NCBI GenBank assembly: GCA_964468355.1
Contig: CAYXSV010000006.1
Coordinates: forward strand, 5,452-29,451
From: an uncultured Gammaproteobacteria bacterium
GTDB taxonomy: Bacteria; Patescibacteriota; Microgenomatia; UBA12405; JAHJSD01
Length of the DNA stretch: 24,000 nucleotides
Reading direction: 5' to 3'
Within the stretch, counting starts at the first letter, position 1; each line of letters opens with the position of its first letter. Positions 20,951 through 24,000 of the stretch are shown here, piece after piece. The notes under the pieces are model-generated. The model had not been told where the DNA came from. It was given only the letters and a program-made list of their open reading frames with translations, and did no database searches. The translations under genes and the position numbers were made by a program.

Positions 20951-21889
20951 ATGAAAAGATGGTTGTTTTTAATTGTTTGGATTGGAGTAACGGGTGTAAT
21001 CGGCGGATTGCTGTGGGGAATGGAACCGAATGTTGAACAGATTAAATCTCCGGAACCAAAAATTTTTCAATCAATGTCAACGCCGACACCTAAGCAAGAC
21101 AAAATTACTATTGCTGCTGTTGGTGACATCGGCCTGGGCCGAGAAACAAATTACCAAATTATTCAGCAAAATAACCCTAATCTTCCGTTTGAAAAAATTA
21201 AGGATGTTATTAACAGTGCTGATATTTCAATTGGCAACTTGGAAGGACCGGTTATTGAAAACTGTCCAATTATACGAAGCGGATTTAAATTCTGCGGTCA
21301 ACCCGAAAATATTCAAGGATTAAATTATGCCGGATTTGACGGAATGAGCTTGGCCAATAATCACATCAATAACTACGGTTTGGAGGGAATTACACAAACA
21401 ACGAAAAATTTACTGAAAAATAATATTGATTATTTTTATGAGGACAAAAGCTGGATAACCGAAATTAAAGGGACAAAAATCGGCTTTCTGGGGTTTGATG
21501 ATACGGTACAAAAAGTTAAAAGTGAAAAGTTAAAAGTGAAAAGTAAAGAAATCAAAAAAAATGTAGATATATTAGTTATAAATTTTCACTGGGGAGAGGA
21601 ATACCAGGACCAACCAAATGAAAGACAAAAAGAACTGGCTAAATTGGCAATTGATTCCGGCGCTGATATTATCATCGGCCACCACCCGCACGTAATTCAA
21701 CCGCTGGAATATTATCAGGACAAACCGATTTTTTACTCCCTGGGCAATTTTGTTTTTGATCAGATGTGGTCGGAAGAAACAAAAAAAGGTGCAATCGGCC
21801 TGATTACAATTGAAAATAATCAAATTACCAGTGCGTCAATTAAAGAGACTTATTCGTCTGTCTGCTGTCAACCGGAACTGATAGAATAA
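20951..21889 (+). CDS. CapA-family (PGA_cap, metallophosphatase-fold) protein, membrane-anchored
   Basis: ITIAAVGDIGLGRE, SIGNLEGPV, LANNHINNYG, VINFHWGEEY...ADIIIGHHPHVIQP...YSLGNFVFDQ. The ORF-track start at 20918 is GTG. The ATG at 20951 (MKRWLFLIVWIGV) begins the signal anchor. Confidence 0.85.
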   Translation: MKRWLFLIVWIGVTGVIGGLLWGMEPNVEQIKSPEPKIFQSMSTPTPKQDKITIAAVGDIGLGRETNYQIIQQNNPNLPFEKIKDVINSADISIGNLEGPVIENCPIIRSGFKFCGQPENIQGLNYAGFDGMSLANNHINNYGLEGITQTTKNLLKNNIDYFYEDKSWITEIKGTKIGFLGFDDTVQKVKSEKLKVKSKEIKKNVDILVINFHWGEEYQDQPNERQKELAKLAIDSGADIIIGHHPHVIQPLEYYQDKPIFYSLGNFVFDQMWSEETKKGAIGLITIENNQITSASIKETYSSVCCQPELIE

Positions 21890-21893
21890 AATC

Positions 21894-23258
21894 ATGAAAA
21901 AGACCGCCTTGTATGTTTTTTTTATTGCTATTTTCACTATTTTTTTTCTACCGCCGATTGATACTGATTTAGGATGGCACTTCCGATACGGAAATTACTT
22001 CCTGAACTACGGACGGCCGATGACCGAAAACAAAATTACAGTACTTCTCCATAATCAGCCCTGGCCTAACTCTTACACCCTCTATCAACCATTAATCTCT
22101 ATTATTTACCGTCTTTTTGGTTTTTGGGGGCTTAGTATCTTAAACTCTATCATCATAACAATTAGTTTTTACTTTATTTGGCTTCTATTTAACAAAAACT
22201 TAACTAAAACCACCCTTACCGGGCTTATTACAACCATTGGCGGCTGGTCAATTCTACAATACGGTTTAAGAGGTCAAGTAACTTCTGTCCTTTTCCTGTC
22301 CCTGCTTTTTTATATACTTATAAAAGTAAAAAATTCCACCAAAAAAACTTTTTGGCTGGGATTACTATTTTTATTCTGGGCTAATTTTCACGGAAGTTAC
22401 TTTTACGGAATTTTATTAACCTGCCTATGGGCACTTCTTAATCTAAAACCGATAATCATCTTACCTGTAATAATTACGCCTCTTTTTAATCCTTACGGGT
22501 TTGACAACTATAAACACGTTTTTGTTACAATGACTGCTCCTTTAAACACAATGATTGCTGAATGGACTCCCCCCAGCTTAAATTTAAAATTCATATCAAT
22601 AATATTTTTTTCTTTATATTTATTTATCTGGACAAAAAAGAGTAAGAAAACTTTGTCAAAATTTTTTTGGCCAATATCAACATTAAGCGCCTTATACTTA
22701 GTTTTAAACGCCCGGCGTAACTTGCCCCAATTCTTCCTGATTCAATCGTTAGCTTTTTTCATGACAGTAAATGTTAAAAAAAATTCCGCCTATCTAGTCA
22801 ACATTTTCTGGTCCGCGATTGTTATCCTCTTTTTAATTATTCAAATTCCTCAGACAATAAAAATTAATTCTAATTTTAATAATTTCTGTCGGGAAGGAAT
22901 GACTTCCTATCCCTGCCAAGCAATTGACTTTATTAAAACAAACCAATTAAAAGGAAGTATTTTTAACTTTTACCGTTGGGGAGGATTTTTAACATGGCAG
23001 CTTCCTGATAATTTAATTTTTGTTGCCGGCCATATTCCGGCTTATCAACTTGAATCAGGCAAGTATCCTTACCAATTTCATCTTGAAATTCTACAAGCTC
23101 GGCCCGGATACCAAGAAAAATTAAACAAATACAATATTGATTATATCCTCATTCCACCAAAAACATTTTTGGATTTGGAAATTCAAAAAAACAAAGATGC
23201 CCCCTGGCGGGAAATCTACCGGAATGAAATATCTGTTTTGTATAAACGATTAGACTAG
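21894..23258 (+). CDS. Large polytopic membrane protein, possibly a GT-C-type glycosyltransferase or polymer-modifying enzyme; function unknown
   Basis: 454 aa with about 10 hydrophobic segments. An acidic first-loop motif (PPIDTDLGWHF) is reminiscent of GT-C enzymes, and a C-terminal ~130-aa soluble domain follows. The ATG lies 4 nt after the CapA stop. Confidence 0.5.
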   Translation: MKKTALYVFFIAIFTIFFLPPIDTDLGWHFRYGNYFLNYGRPMTENKITVLLHNQPWPNSYTLYQPLISIIYRLFGFWGLSILNSIIITISFYFIWLLFNKNLTKTTLTGLITTIGGWSILQYGLRGQVTSVLFLSLLFYILIKVKNSTKKTFWLGLLFLFWANFHGSYFYGILLTCLWALLNLKPIIILPVIITPLFNPYGFDNYKHVFVTMTAPLNTMIAEWTPPSLNLKFISIIFFSLYLFIWTKKSKKTLSKFFWPISTLSALYLVLNARRNLPQFFLIQSLAFFMTVNVKKNSAYLVNIFWSAIVILFLIIQIPQTIKINSNFNNFCREGMTSYPCQAIDFIKTNQLKGSIFNFYRWGGFLTWQLPDNLIFVAGHIPAYQLESGKYPYQFHLEILQARPGYQEKLNKYNIDYILIPPKTFLDLEIQKNKDAPWREIYRNEISVLYKRLD

Positions 23259-23271
23259 GACGTTAAAAATC

Positions 23272-23435
23272 ATGCAATGATTATGCTTTCATGGATACCG
23301 CTCACCTATCTGGCCACAGTACCGTACAGGGTACATGGCAAGTTCGCTAGACTTTCGCTTCACAAAAAGTACTTTCAAACCTTTAACGCATAGTAGCTCG
23401 CTCAAGACTATATACGAAAACATAATTCATTGCAT
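23272..23435. other. Unassigned ~165-bp element bounded by a 14-bp inverted repeat (candidate structured sRNA or MITE-like remnant)
   Basis: ATGCAATGATTATG (23272-23285) pairs with CATAATtCATTGCAT (23421-23435) with a single bulge (t26). The interior is visibly more GC-rich than its surroundings. It lies in an unusually long (252-bp) intergenic gap. Confidence 0.3.
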
Positions 23436-23490
23436 TCCTACGATGGCAATATGACAATATAGCAATATATTTTCTTTTCCTACCTATTTC

Positions 23491-23499
23491 TGGTATAAT
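23491..23499 (+). promoter_or_regulatory. Candidate acyP promoter, extended consensus -10
   Basis: TGGTATAAT lies 11 nt upstream of the ATG at 23511. The -35 is weak (TTTCTT at 23471-23476). No Shine-Dalgarno sequence is present. Confidence 0.45.
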
Positions 23500-23510
23500 A
23501 TATTAATTAA

Positions 23511-23813
23511 ATGACAGATGATCAATTCACTCGCATTCGAGTTCTTATTTACGGACAGGTACAAAATGTCGGCTTCAGGGCAAATACAGTTAAAAAAGCA
23601 GAAAAAAATAACGTAACCGGCTGGATTCGGAATCGAAGTGACGGCCGTGTTGAAGCGTTAGCTGTTGGTAAAAAAGAAAATATTGAAAAAATGCTTAAAT
23701 GGTTTAAAAAAGGACCTTCGGCAGCAACAGTTGAAAAAGTCGAGGTCATAACCAAAGAGGAAATAAACTACAATCCTTTTGAAAATGAATTCAAGATAAA
23801 CCCGACAATTTGA
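23511..23813 (+). CDS. acyP: Acylphosphatase
   Basis: 100 aa. IYGQVQNVGFRANTVKKA...VTGWIRNRSDGRVEALAVG matches both acylphosphatase signatures (V-x-G-x-V-Q-G-V-x-F-R and G-W-V-x-N-x-x-D-G-x-V). Confidence 0.9.
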   Translation: MTDDQFTRIRVLIYGQVQNVGFRANTVKKAEKNNVTGWIRNRSDGRVEALAVGKKENIEKMLKWFKKGPSAATVEKVEVITKEEINYNPFENEFKINPTI

Positions 23814-23822
23814 GTCAAAGGC

Positions 23823-24000
23823 TCATGACGAAGTCATAACGTATTCCGCCATTTCTATTAAACGGCAGGAATAGCCATATTCATTATCATACCAAGCAGA
23901 AATTTTAATCATATCGTCTGATAAAACCTCCGTCATCGGTAAATCTACTATCGCTGACCCGGTATTGCCAATAATGTCTCTTGAAACCAACGGCTCATAG
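23823..24000 (-). CDS. gap: 3' end of glyceraldehyde-3-phosphate dehydrogenase (partial, continues past the window end)
   Basis: The minus-strand translation is YEPLVSRDIIGNTGSAIVDLPMTEVLSDDMIKISAWYDNEYGYSCRLIEMAEYVMTSS*. This carries the conserved GAPDH C-terminal WYDNE(W/Y)GYS motif. It is not in the ORF track because it is truncated. Confidence 0.85.
   Translation of the reverse strand, partial: YEPLVSRDIIGNTGSAIVDLPMTEVLSDDMIKISAWYDNEYGYSCRLIEMAEYVMTSS

Noticed and set aside
21512-21539. Perfect tandem duplication of a 14-nt unit (AAGTTAAAAGTGAA x2) inside capA, encoding KVKSEKLKVKSK
   Set aside because: The unit length is not a multiple of 3, yet the frame is intact and the flanking CapA motifs are in register. 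It is therefore low-complexity Lys-rich linker sequence rather than a recent disruptive duplication. It might be a slippage hotspot, but there is no evidence.
23277-23393. 38-codon ORF (MIMLSWIPLTYLATVPYRVHGKFARLSLHKKYFQTFNA) inside the 23.3-kb intergenic element
   Set aside because: It has no Shine-Dalgarno sequence and no promoter in the right place, and its start lies inside the inverted-repeat arm. Its composition is unremarkable. An RNA or mobile-element explanation fits the long-range pairing better.
2545-23755. Remaining short nested or antisense ORFs: 2545-2757, 3457-3732, 5753-5968, 10755-11000, 10905-11186, 12056-12256, 12701-12889, 13447-13722, 14743-15072, 15889-16134, 16432-16626, 17226-17435, 18734-18955, 18974-19213, 20576-20803, 20719-20907, 21030-21323, 21572-21823 and 23549-23755
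   Set aside because: Each is fully contained in a longer ORF, on the same or the opposite strand, that has clear family motifs. Their sequences are repetitive (S-, K- or F-rich), as expected from AT-rich out-of-frame translation.
1-24000. CRISPR arrays, rRNA genes, prophage or integrase genes, toxin-antitoxin pairs, restriction-modification or other recognisable defence genes
   Set aside because: I looked for regularly spaced direct repeats, rRNA-like conserved blocks and the hallmark motifs of these systems and found none. The only mobile-element-related gene is the RayT-like transposase.

Overview
Low-GC, gene-dense bacterial window with short or overlapping gene junctions, many membrane or secreted proteins and standard stop codon usage. 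By inference it comes from a reduced-genome, uncultivated Patescibacteria/CPR-like organism. All homology calls were made by eye from the translations; no searches were run. Layout: (1) 1-6755, minus strand: murJ, then a PilN-like/PilO-like pair, an acidic membrane protein, an FN3 surface protein, and three tandem membrane-anchored secreted proteins, one extremely Cys-rich. (2) 6842-11505, plus strand: rpsT, metG, a membrane GT2 glycosyltransferase, a small membrane protein and a divergent MraY/WecA-family transferase. (3) 11484-13248: a PEGA+SH3 protein, a RayT/IS200-like HUH transposase with GTAG-hairpin (REP-like) elements both downstream of and inside its own ORF, then tRNA-Val(GAC) and tRNA-Ile(GAU). 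(4) 13254-19482, minus strand: a tightly overlapping six-gene operon behind a near-consensus promoter. It encodes a DUF134 regulator, a NifX-like protein, a CDF transporter fused to a NifX-like domain, two MinD-type ATPases with ferredoxin inserts, and a PEGL-type P-type ATPase broken by a G8 homopolymer frameshift. This is the best candidate for an uncharacterised system (metal or metallocluster handling). (5) 19534-24000: LOG-family, DUF72, CapA, a large polytopic membrane protein, a 250-bp intergenic region with a long-range inverted repeat, acyP and the 3' end of gap. Several candidate promoters use an extended -10 (TGnTAAAAT) and sit so close to the ATG that the transcripts would be leaderless or nearly so.
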